A stretch of 64,000 nt of DNA from Lepidodermella squamata (taxonomy: Eukaryota > Animalia > Gastrotricha), in NCBI GenBank assembly GCA_047495785.1, contig JBLDXI010000038.1, forward strand, positions 682,001-746,000. Reading direction: 5' to 3'. How positions within the stretch are numbered: position 1 is the stretch's first letter; the number at the start of each line of letters is the position of its first letter. Below, in pieces: positions 50,618 through 64,000 of the stretch. The translations under genes and the position numbers were made by a program. A model generated the notes under the pieces. That model was given only the letters and a program-made list of their open reading frames with translations, was not told the DNA's origin and did not search any database.

Positions 50618-53600
50618 TTAACCTCCCTTTTTGTAGGCTTTCACTGGTTTTATAGGTTGTGGCGTGGCGATATCGGATTGCTCACGTTGCTTTTTCCGGC
50701 TCATGCGACCAGGTTGAATAGGCGTGTCTTCTGGCGCCTGTTCGATCTCCTCAAGCGGCAACTCGACATCAATGTATCTGTACTCTACCCCCGCCAGTTC
50801 GATGAGAGGGCCGATAGCAGCCGGCTGGTTTGAATCATCACCGCGCCGCCGAACGCTGTAGTAATGTTGGCCGGTGATGTCGATTACCAAGTGACGGTAC
50901 TCCGCGACCTCAGCATTTGCGATGCGAAACTATTCAAGAAACATTATTAGTCAAGTCAGGCGTAAAAATCTCGATGCACTCACAACAACAGCGGTGAGAT
51001 CGGGGGCATAAACTACCAGGTTGGTCCTGTTGGGCAACGACAAGGCCTTCACTTCATTATGGTCTGCGAAATTACCACGGCTTGTGCGAACACGCTCAAC
51101 ATGTTCGTCGAATTGGATGAAATTCTCGACCTCGTCGACATCGAATAGGTCTGCATTTAAGAACATCTCGGGGTATTCGCTTGGAAATTGGCACACAGCT
51201 CGCGATATTGCATGAAGGAGGCTTCGTCTCCATTGTCCTGATCAGCATAAGCACGATACATGCAACTTCTGAAAATGGAAAATGAAATGAAAAATGTAAA
51301 ACGATGAAATTATCAGCTAAAGTACCCATCAGCACCAACAATTCGAAGTTCGAATTTTTTCTTGGAAAGTAAGTTGGCGATTTCGAACAATCCGTCAGGT
51401 AGGCCTGGAATCGCTTTCAGCTTTTTCGAATAAGCATGGTCAGCTGTTGGTTTTTCGATTTTCTCGTCCTTATCACCCTTTTTCTTTTCCACTTCTCCAA
51501 TTAGCTCCACCATTTTCTCATAGACGCCTTCGTAATAACGGGATTTGGTCTTCGGCTTTGACTTCTGCCACTGAGCAGTCAGCTTTTCGGTCTCCTCCAC
51601 CGTTAAATCTTCGATTCGAGACGGTTTCGGCGCGGCTGGCTTGGTCGTATCGTTTTTTGTCGGCTGCTCGTTTCCGACTTCGATTTCAGACCTGATTACG
51701 TTGCGGTGCTTGGTTTGAAAGGCCGTGGAGTCAGTTAAAACTTTGAAGAACACTAGCATGGTGAGGCTGGCATTTTCGCGCAAGATCTCATACACTTTGC
51801 TTAGACACAAATGCAGACGGTGATTGAAAGCTGAATTCTTGCGCTGATTAAACATGCTTTCCTGCGCGGCATTCGCGTAACGTGTCGCTCCGTCCGGTTG
51901 TCGAAATGTCCGACCAGGCGACGCAGCCCCGGTTTTAGATGGGTACCGAATTCCCGCGCAAACGAAGGGCAACAAGGGGGCAAAAACGTCGCGGATATGC
52001 TCGAATGCTACAGGTAAGTAAAGCGGGTTAGCCTCCTGCGACTGGAGCGATTGTTGATTGGGATTCGATAGACCATGCTGTTCACGCAATTCATCAATTT
52101 TTTGGCTACACAGGATAGCAAACGGCGAAATTTTCTTCAGCGGACCAGCCTCAGTGGAGATGAAAGTTTCCTGCGTGTCCGGCAACTCCCCGTCTTCTTC
52201 AGGCTGCGATTGAGCAATAAACTCATCGGAAACCAGTTTGTCGTAATCGACCGTGTCAGGTTTATCGAATTCTGCAATTTTCTGTTTCAGGCTGTCGAGG
52301 GCGCCGGGGACGATAAAATTCAAGCCAAATACGAGATAAATCAGTCCATAAATTTCGATAGCCTCGTCTAAGGTGGTGGCGTTTTGGAGAGCGCCGAAAG
52401 CGGTTAGAGCAATCTTTTTGACGTGTTTGGCAGATTTGGGAGATTTTCGCGCCAAAAATCGTGCCATTGCTGCCATGACATGCGAACAACACAGGTAAAT
52501 CAGGGTGATTAGCTTCAGTTGTTCGTTGCTACAACCGTTTTGCAGGAAATGGAGCAGTTTGGATAAGAAGTCCAACAAATTTGATCGGTTGAAAGCCTTG
52601 ATTATGCCATGCATGGAGGCGTAGCAAAAATCGATGATAATAGCACGTGGTCGCTGAACAGACTGGCCATTTTTCTTCGTTATGGCATCCCACCACATGC
52701 AGAAAAACGCATCGAATTCGTTGGCAGTGTGGGAGGTGGTGATAAGCTCGGCGCAGGCGAACGTTGGCAGGTTTGTTTCTTTCCCGTTAGCGCGAACATT
52801 AACGCTCTCAGACCACGTCAACGTATAATAAAGCGATTTATTATAGTCAGGATCGAACTTCCAAAGCGATCCGGTTCCGTCAAACTGCATGATAGGCCGA
52901 GGAAAGGGTCTAGTGGCTATTTTGCCGTAGGCCTCGAGCATCTCGTCCGTGAATAGGACCAAATGGAACCGGTCGCCGTCGCCAATATCTCGAATGTAAG
53001 GTTTTCCCTCGCTTTGCTCCTCTTTCCGACGCAACAGCATGTCAATGGTCTTGTCAGGATGTAGTCGATCTTTCAGGCTCATTTCGCTATGTGCTTTCTG
53101 ATAAGTGGACAACGCGTGACTTTCGCCAAATCGCTCGGCCATCAGATTTTTCACCTGCTCGAATTTCATTAGTAAGCTATGAATCAAATAATTATCAATA
53201 GCTAATTATACCTTATCAGGCTGTTCCGTTTCCAACAATTTTTTGGCTTCTAGTCTGATAGCTCCTTTCAGCGGACGCCGGATCGGATCTTCAGGTGGGT
53301 GGTTAGGCTCTCCAATACGCTGAAAGTGAAATTCCTTGTGACACAGCTTTTCCTCCTCCTCAAAGTCAGCCGTGATGATGAATTTTTCCGGACACTTGGA
53401 AACCGAACAATGCGCATTTATAACGATTGCCGGATCCAATGTTTTGCGAATTGATTGATTTGAGACTGAAATGGCGCATATTTGCCGCAACTTCTCTTCT
53501 AGCAGCTGATCATCTCGACCCCCTTGTTCAACTTCGAGCTTGGCTGTATGGCGCATGTATTCCTGCCAGCTTCGATTTAACACGTGGCCGTAAGTCTCGC

Positions 53601-54001
53601 CCAGTTCGAGAATGGTTGCCGTTTTTTTCCCGGTTTTCTTCATTTTGCTTGGATAGAAAGTCTGCCACCCTATCTTCCTCAACAACAATGCTGATCGTCG
53701 TCACGGCTGGGTTATTTGCTTGCTCGGTTGATTCGGACGGCATTGATTCAGCTGCGGTCACATCGCTGGACGACCGCTCGATTACGATCAAATGATTGGC
53801 TTTCAGGCGATTGTAGATGTGTTTACGATTTCTTTTCGTATTGGCATCTTTGCCCCAACCACGACCGATCAAGCGGCCCACGCATGACTCAGCCCTGCTG
53901 TGACCATCGCCAGCCGGGATCTTGTCCAAATTTTGCGAGGAAAGCCAGCGTTTAGCTTTGTCGATTATAATTGGGTCAGTATCTTTAATTTCGACTGGCA
54001 T
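50618..54001 (-). CDS. MULE transposase with a C-terminal OTU protease domain (~1070 aa; introns 53155-53211, 51269-51325, 50930-50983; 1-nt frameshifts near 53625 and 51180)
   Basis: CSVSKC...H..H zinc module; DDE core FDGTGS / IIIDF / LCCSH (CxxH) / NAAQESMFN; splicing gives VGADGSCMYRAYA...NFADHNEVKALS..NLVVY...GQHYYSV, the OTU Cys and His boxes. Confidence 0.85.
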
Positions 54002-54146
54002 CTAAAGGAAAATCAATATTTTCGAAAATGGCTCGTCATATTTTCTCAAAGCTCGATCAATCAAGAATCATACATTTTCTCGGTAATATCATTCGCCTCA
54101 TCTCACTCATTTTTTCAACACAAAAACCATTTTTCAGGTTAACTTT

Positions 54147-54758
54147 TCATTCCCTTCTTTCGCGCTTCCGCTTCTGAGCTTCTGAAAACTGCCGCATACG
54201 ATCTAGATCCTGTTGCGAAGCCTTAAGGTGGTCGATTGAAACGCTGATCTCACAGCCAGGACAAGTATCGTCCCATTTCAACGTACGGCCGCAACGGTAG
54301 CATTTTTGTGCTTCTTCGTCGACGAAATCTGGCGACGGCGGGTTTGCATGGACTCTTATACCCGGTCCAAGTTCGAAGGACTCCTATTGGAACATCGGCT
54401 TCTATTGAATACCCATCGACCAATTGTTAGAACTCACGCTAAAGGAAAAATCCGATTTGGTCGGACTAATAGGCTGCGCAGGACCGATAGGATTCGTAGG
54501 ACTGCTGGGCTGCGTAGGTTCGATTGTATTTGAACCTACGGTCTTTTCGATCATGCCGCTGGCTGCTAGGCGATTGTACACCTGTTTTCTGTTCTTCTTT
54601 CTGTTAAAATTTGGTCCAAATGTCTCAGCAATTAACCGGCCAACAAACGACTGGGGCCTTGTGTGGCCATCGCCAGCCGGTATTTTTTCCGGATTTCGAG
54701 AATCGAGCCAGCTTTTAGCTAGCTTAATGAACTCAGCATCGAGTATAAAAGTTTGCAT
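54147..54758 (-). CDS. Transposon accessory protein (~185 aa): transposase-paralogous N-domain, Pro-rich linker and C4 zinc finger; intron 54384-54437
   Basis: AKSWLDSRNPEKIPAGDGHTRPQSFVGRLI..KKNRKQVYNRL vs transposase AKRWLSSQNLDKIPAGDGHSRAESCVGRLI..KRNRKHIYNRL; AGC|GTGAGT..AATAG|GAG splice leads to KCYRCGRTLKWDDTCPGC..QKRKRERRE*. Confidence 0.75.
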
Positions 54759-54966
54759 GACTATTAAAAAAGAAGTTGATATCGATATAACTATATCAGA
54801 ACGTCTGGATCTTTTGAAACAACCATATGAAGATGAAATATTCGAAAAAAAACAACTTCTGCTAGCAATTTTTTCTCGTAATGCGTCCGCCTTAAGAATA
54901 AAGCCGAAAGCAAAAATGTTCAACAAAATGTGTCTTTTTTCGGGGCTGGAATTATTTCGGATAAAC

Positions 54967-57900
54967 CAAATCTGTCGCCCAGAATTAAATAAGTGCGCCC
55001 CTTTTCAAACGTCGCCCCAAAATTAAATAAGTGCGCACACATAGTAAATAACGTCGCCCCTGTTGCGTAATCGCCGCCCACAAAATTTAAATGTGCGCCC
55101 CAAGTGCGCGCCTTAAAATAAAACAGCGGTCAATGCGTGAATGCTGGTTTTCTCGGCTTGAATGCTAGATCACCTTTTTTTTTACCAAACATGCGAATAG
55201 TTTAATGGAAGCGGAAGATAGCGGCCCGTCGTCGACGCATCTTTCAGTTCAGATTACTTGAAATTAGTCCTAAGGCTGAAATGGTATTTTCTGATGAGAA
55301 ATCTTACAACCGATCGTTAGGGCTAATGGCTAACTGCATTTTTAAGACCAGGGAATTGAGACCCGTCAAGCGGTCTCCGCCCTATAGATATATCTCCACC
55401 TTCATAGTCACTATAGAAGACAGCGGCTGACGAATAATTATGATACACCTCGTTTCAAATGAAATTTGAAAATAAGACGGGGCCAAAATCGCTTGACGTT
55501 TCTCAGTTATTCTGGGGGATAGCTCGTCATATAGCATACGTATAGATAATAGAAAATAATATCGCATATTGCTGATTTCTTGAAAAAAAAAATCCTAGGA
55601 TAAGTTGTAAGCTGTTGATTTGTTGTTGCAGCTGTAGGTAGCGCGTTTATGGCGACCCAGTTAATGACCGGACACGGTCCGGCTCATCACGCAGCTAGTA
55701 GCTAAACCTTGGAGGAATAGAGATGGAGTGAGCACTGCCTCGTATCAACGCGCACTATCGTCTGACAAAGGCCGAGTGGCGCAGCAGGGCGCCCGCTCGC
55801 CTCGATCACGTGACACACTTTAACAGCCAATCAGCTCTCTAGCGTCCCTAGTTTTTGCTATGTAACACACGCATTTACGAAAACATAGCTTTATTTAAAA
55901 AGGCGCCGAGTCACTAATCATTTCTTCAGAAGGCGAACGCTTGGCACCTTTAGCACGTTTAAAATCGCTGTTCAGACCAGCGCGAAGATTAATAGAAGTA
56001 GGATTATTATTGTCGCGATCTAATAAAGTTATTCTTTTAGATAAAATATTTTGCAAAATTTTCACAATTGGCTGTACAAATTCCAGATTAGGTGGATAAG
56101 AAGGATTTTTCACAATTAAAGCCTTGTGCAAAATATCTGCGAACTCTTTTTGATACCAGATTTGGCGGTAGGGCGCAGAAATCGCCTCGCGAACAAGAGC
56201 TAGTACGTGCACGTTCGGCTTGACAAGGCCGCCGCGGCTCAGCCATACTTCGGGTTGACTGTTGTCCGGCTCCAGTTTCAGCTGGCGGGTGATATAACCG
56301 GCGACGCTAGCCGTAGAGCGATCGTCGGTGACGAGTTCGGCTGGCAATTCGACGCGCAAAAGCGGCTCGATTCGATTATCGATTTTCGAGAGTTGTTTCA
56401 GTTTTCGAGCAGTAGCGATTTTGAGGCTCTTGATTTTGTGCCGTTGCACATTCGCGCCTTTCGAAATGCCGAAATTTGACCCAACGTACCGTAGAACCGC
56501 GATTCGCTGAAGCAGCCGAGCCATCGTAGGGTGACGAGCTCCGCCCAACCCACACCGGACTTGGCTGAATAGCTGTTCTAGAGGGCCGCTGTTGAAGCGT
56601 GCCGTTAAGACGTATTCAACACCTTCGCCCAGCAACTTCTCCGTCAAACGAACGATGGCTTCGGTCGAAGTGAGAATGCCGTCGAAGGTTTGGGTCGACA
56701 ACTTGTTCTCCGGATTTTTCTGGGCACCCTGTCGGTCGCGGAGCCAGGTGCAGAAATCTCGGAGCCAGGTCAAGCGAGGGTCATTGACGCTGCGAAACGG
56801 GGCGAGGTTGTTGTTGCGCTTGCCAAGAAACCCGTAGCAGGAATTGATGTTGAGGATGTCGAACCACTTGTTGATCATCGAAATCACTGGCGCCATGGCT
56901 TGGGCATGTTGATAAAGAGGATGACCGGGCTGGAACTCGGATCGGCAGGCCTGAGCCATGGATTCGCTGAGAACTTCGGCCGCTCGAGCAACGCTCATTT
57001 TCAGCGAGTTATTCGATAGAATTTTCCGGATGTTGGTCGGATTGAATTTCTTATAGAGTCGCAAAATTCGGCGCGAATCGATGTTGAGGATGGCGTCGAA
57101 AACTTGCCACAGAAACCGCGAGCCATGGTCGTCTAATTCCCAAGATTTCTTTGTTAGATTGTTGCGAAGAGTCTGAAAAATTAATAATATTTTATTAATT
57201 CAAATTTCAAAATAATCCAACAAAATTCGGGAAAATTTAAAAAAAATTGAGAAATATTTTGAAATATTACCTATACCTTGAGCAGATGAGGAACGTCGAA
57301 AATGACCTCGAGAGCTTCGCCGCGGGCGTTTAGAATCGGAATCGACCGGAATCGACCGGAAATGACCCAACGCAAATGGCCAACGGCGACTCGACAAACC
57401 GCAACATGATGCACAGCGCCTTGGTTGCGGCCTCGTCCGGGTTGTCAGCAGCTCGGCCTACAACCATACCGTCGCCTACGACTTCGGTTTTGCCGTTGAC
57501 TGAGACCTCGTCGATTTCGACACCGAAAAAGAGATCAACGTGGCCGGCGAATTACCGGTTATCCGGATTGGATGACTCATGACGCCGGATAACAACCACA
57601 TCCGAGTGTTATCGGTGGATATCGATGTATATTCGCCTTCCAGCCCGCTGTTCCGGTCTTTGAACGCGCCTCTGGCCTGCTAGCCTTCAAGCTGATATTA
57701 ATCGTGATATTCACCCATGATATTCACCCGAATATTACATCATATTATCCTGTAATATTTCGGGTTTTTGTTGGATAGACCTGCATTATTCTCAAGCTTG
57801 TAAGGTAGGTCGCTGCAATTAAACCGGTCAATAACCTTAATATTATGATAATTGATCTATGTAGGATCTTGGCTTTCCGCGACATATAAGCACAAAAGTT

Positions 57901-58155
57901 GAAGTAAAGCAGTCAAAATATGGTCAACATATCCTTATCCCGTCCTGAAAACCATGCGAAAAAAATCGGCGACTCAAGCTTTAAATGGGGCGACATTATT
58001 TATTTTAAGGCGGCGTATTTCAAAATGCGCGCGGCTTAGCGTGTTGCAGCGCGGCGTTGCGTGAACGTGGGCGCGGATTACGCAACCAGCGCGCACTTGT
58101 TTATTAAAGGGCGCAAAACTGGGGCGCACTTATTTAATTTTGGGCGACAGATTTG
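54967..58155 (-). mobile_element. P-superfamily element nested inside the MULE
   Basis: 35-bp TIR CAAATCTGTCGCCCAGAATTAAATAAGTGCGCCCC / GGGGCGCACTTATTTAATTTTGGGCGACAGATTTG (1 mismatch), CA..TG ends, GCGCCC subterminal repeats; no TSD seen. Confidence 0.88.
55895..57700 (-). pseudogene. P/THAP9-like transposase: 3' exon intact (55895-57172), intron 57173-57276, 5' part deleted and disrupted
   Basis: IDEVSV, FDVPHLLK|TLRNN, KMSVARAAEVLS, INKWFDILN, YVLTARFNSGPLEQLFSQVR, VAGYI. Confidence 0.88.
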
Positions 58156-60189
58156 TACCCACCCGAATTATTTTGTTTCCTCCTTCCGATTCTCGGCAAT
58201 TTCTTCCTTCGCAGGAACGTAATGGCGAGTGCAGCTGTATTTGAACTCAATAACACAAAAAAGACAAAACCGGAATCAAGTTAACGTTTTATTTTATTCA
58301 TCGTGAAATAGCGAAAGTGAATACGAACATAAATCGAAAATAAACATAAAATGTGATCAATAACGTGCAATAGTTACAGTGCCAAACAAAAATTTGAAGC
58401 GATTCGGAGAAAAATTCATACCTACAAACCTCAATACTTTTGCAGTAATAATAACGGCAATTGAAATATGCTAAAATGGAAAACAGTTAACAAGAAAATA
58501 GAAATCTGCATTAGGGCCGTTTGAAGTCATTTTGAAATCCATTTTCTAGGAGGTCGGGTATGCGGTCTAGAAGCCGAGATGTGAATCTGTAAGAACATAC
58601 AATTTATTCGAATATCTGCGAAAAAAACGGGAACACGAACCGCTCAAGTTACGGAATTTCTATCAACAGCACTCACGATCATTTCTCATCGTCAAGGTGT
58701 TCCTTGTGCCACTGAAAATTCATAGCTCAGAGCAGGAACCTAGAATGGTGCATCAGTTTCAGTGATAACATAAACGAAATATTTCAGGAATTTCAGGAAA
58801 TTTACAAACCTCTGCTTTCTAACAGGTCCATGGCGTCTTATTCCCAGCGATAATCGAGATATCTAGATAACAGACGGTAACAATTGAGCTCAAACAAAAT
58901 CACAAAAAAAACCTATTGATGGCATGAAACTTGAAAGCTGATAGGCAACAGTGCGATTTCCCGTCATCAAGGGCTATTCTTATACAATCGGGCTGTTGTC
59001 ATACAATTCTCTTACAGTTGAATTTCATGTTCCAGGGGAACGCGGATGTAATAACTAGAAGAGATAAAATGCAACAAATTAGGTATTGATTTAACATTTA
59101 ACATCTTCTTCTCCGATTAGGTAAAAATATGTATCCCATGGCGCCAGTTAATCATCAACAACGATGCACCATCAAAAAGCAAGTTGTCTAGCTGACTTCC
59201 TCGATAACTTGCTCCTCCGGCTTCGTGCCTTCGGTCGGGAAGCGTGTGGGCGGCGGATAAATTGGCAGGTAGATGATAGGGGGCTGATGAAAATTGTCGG
59301 GTTTGATCTCGCCTGTTCCGTCCCAGAATAGCAGAATAACGGGTTCAGGCATTATTAAAAATCAATATGGCTATCTATATGTAAGAATCAGAAAAAGGAC
59401 TGAAAAGAAAGTTAACAATAGTGCAGGAAAATATAACTGTTTAGTGATTAGATAGTCTATAGATAACGGTAGCCATAACACGAATTTACGCTCTGAGCTG
59501 TAAAACAATCGGAACGTTAACGAAGATGCATATGTCATATGATGCCTGCAACACTAGTTTTCATCAGAATCAAAACGCCGTGTTGAAGGCGCTGGTAGTA
59601 AGCAGAAAGAGTCGAATGGAGTCGAAAAACCCGAACCAGGCAGGCCTAATGCATTCAAATTATTGAAATTATGCTTGATACTATGTCAAATCAGTCTGGA
59701 TCGCCAGCCATAGGTCTGGCTGACAAAAAACATGTTCGCGTTTCGGGTAAACCCTTTTAACCGCGTCCAAGTTCAAGACACTGGAGTCGGGAAACGCGAA
59801 CTAGACTCCTATACCCAATCAAATTTAACATATTGTGCTACAATATTATCAGCTAAGCGGTCTGGATAGCTAGTTACAGGTCTGGCTGACGAGAAAACAT
59901 GATCGTCGCGAACTATTCGTCGATGTAACTATTCTAGCCCAAGGTGAAGTTCCTGGAGTCTCAAATATCCGAGCCAGACCCTAATAAAAATGTAATATGA
60001 CAAATTATGTAAGAATACTCTTAGCTAAAGGGTCTGGATGACCAGCTAAGCATGTGAGAACTTTGGATACCTCATAAAATGCGAATAAATACGGTCCAGC
60101 CCGCAAGAAGTCGAGATAATCAGACAAAAACCACACTCTGCATAGTGATATCGCGCCGGAAGTAAGGCCGGAACCTAGAATAAGCATCA

Positions 60190-60435
60190 GATATGGCGAC
60201 CTGCGGCTGCAGAGAGGCGTTGAGTTCCTTCTTCTTTCGCTCGCTCTTCGCCTTGATGATGGCGTCGTGTTTGGCCTGTTCGCGTAGGAATTCGAGCGTG
60301 GCTTGCCGGCACGCCTTTGTGGAAGCAGACAGCCTGATCTTCGCTGGTAGCTGGTTCCACCACTGGATGGCCTTGGTTGGGAACGAGCGCTGGCCTGTGG
60401 CCCGTTTAAATCGCCCGCCCAGTCTATTCAAGGTC
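60190..60435 (-). mobile_element. LINE 3' fragment inside the MULE
   Basis: RSFPTKAIQWWNQLPAKIR motif typical of LINE ORF2 C-termini. Confidence 0.65.
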
Positions 60436-60755
60436 GCGAAATAATATAAAAAATATATTTTCTTTCATAACTCAATCAGCTATTATCAGCTAAATATATA
60501 TTTTTTTAAAATATGGTTCTGGCTAATTTCGTTCTGGCTAACTTCAGGCGGATCACCTGACTCATACTTTCCAGCTCCCCTCAGAATCACCGAAACAACT
60601 TACATCTTGCTTCTAAGTAAACCAATTAGTAAACCATCTATTTCTTCATTGAACTTGGTTGAATTGGCTGAACTGCTGAACTGCGTCTACACGTGACTGC
60701 CCTATAAGTGTGCTGGAATGCTTAACGGCATTACGATTTATGAATGAATTCTGTG

Positions 60756-61103
60756 TTTCAAGATGAGTTTTTGGGCTATTAGTAGTTTTTGAAGCTCAAG
60801 TACTCGATCCGTTTTGATCGATATTCAAATTTGCAGCTGTATTTGAACTCAATAACACAAAAAAGACAAAACCGGAATCAAGTTAACGTTTTATTTTATT
60901 CATCGTGAAATAGCGAAAGTGAATACGAACATAAATCGAAAATAAACATAAAATGTGATCAATAACGTGCAATAGTTACAGTGCCAAACAAAAATTTGAA
61001 GCGATTCGGAGAAAAATTCATACCTACAAACCTTTCAAGATGAGTTTTTGGGCTATTAGTAGTTTTTGAAGCTCAAGTACTCGATCCGTTTTGATCGATA
61101 TTC
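60756..61103 (+). repeat. 71-bp direct duplication (60756-60826 / 61033-61103) enclosing a 202-bp copy of 58230-58431
   Basis: Exact sequence matches read directly. Confidence 0.93.
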
Positions 61104-61615
61104 TTTGTTATTGGGGCGATGGATTGATTTATCTAAGATAAAGTGTTATTATCAGTATGAAGATAGCTATCTGACATCTGGTCCGTGATCCGTTTACTTG
61201 CATTCTATATTTCTATAAGATGCATTGTATTTGCAAGTTGCAAACAGTCATAGAAAGGAAGCATGCGCTGTAGTCATCATCACCCTTATTCCTCATTGAC
61301 CTTCTGTCTGAGCGCCTAGCCCAGTTCGGGTTGAAAAATATGATGTTCGATCTGTTTTACTGCTGCGTAGTGCTATATCTCCTGCCTAAGTTGTGCAATT
61401 TTTGTGATCTTGTAGATCTTTCATTGCTTCCTTCGCATGCACATACTTAATCTCATGAACTTATATTATCTGTTGTCATTTGGCAAGCTGATACTTGGAA
61501 TATCGCCTGAATGCATAACTGAGCTGCATAACTAAGGATTCGACTATAGCCCTTTCGCCTTCGGGCTTCTAGACGGTTGATTCTAATCATACTTCTTTTC
61601 AGATAGTTTAATATC

Positions 61616-64000
<2,385 letters not shown>

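Larger units (their letters stand above)
48270..60549 (-). mobile_element. 12.3-kb Mutator-superfamily (NOF-FB-like) DNA transposon
   Basis: 9-bp direct repeat GGATCACCT at 48261-48269 and 60550-60558; short inverted terminal motif TGAAGTTAGCCAGAAC, with TTAGCCAGAAC twice at each end; MULE transposase inside. Confidence 0.85.

Noticed and set aside
53615-53635. Programmed ribosomal frameshift in the transposase
   Set aside because: The shift needed is +1 in an A7 homopolymer, and a second frameshift exists downstream; mutation or sequencing indel is simpler.

Overview
Eukaryotic (metazoan) genomic DNA. The ~50-70 nt introns, TTTCAG-type acceptors and tightly packed co-oriented genes suggest a nematode-like, trans-splicing genome (inference only). 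Host genes on the minus strand are PSMC2/Rpt1 (first exon only), five PHOSPHO1/2-like HAD phosphatase paralogues (one at 5.8-6.6 kb, four in tandem at 42-45.8 kb) and CNOT7/CAF1. An AAK1/BMP2K (NAK) kinase is divergent on the plus strand. The 6.7-41.9 kb interval is a nest of decayed LINEs (RTE, CR1/L2-like, RLE-type), Gypsy fragments, a P-like transposase relic and MITEs, with local segmental duplications. The most notable feature is a 12.3-kb Mutator-like transposon (48270-60549, 9-bp TSD GGATCACCT). Its spliced transposase gene is fused to an OTU cysteine-protease domain that the ORF track misses. It also carries an upstream small gene sharing the transposase N-terminal domain plus a C4 zinc finger, other candidate cargo exons and a nested P-superfamily element. 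All calls are by eye; no database searches were run.
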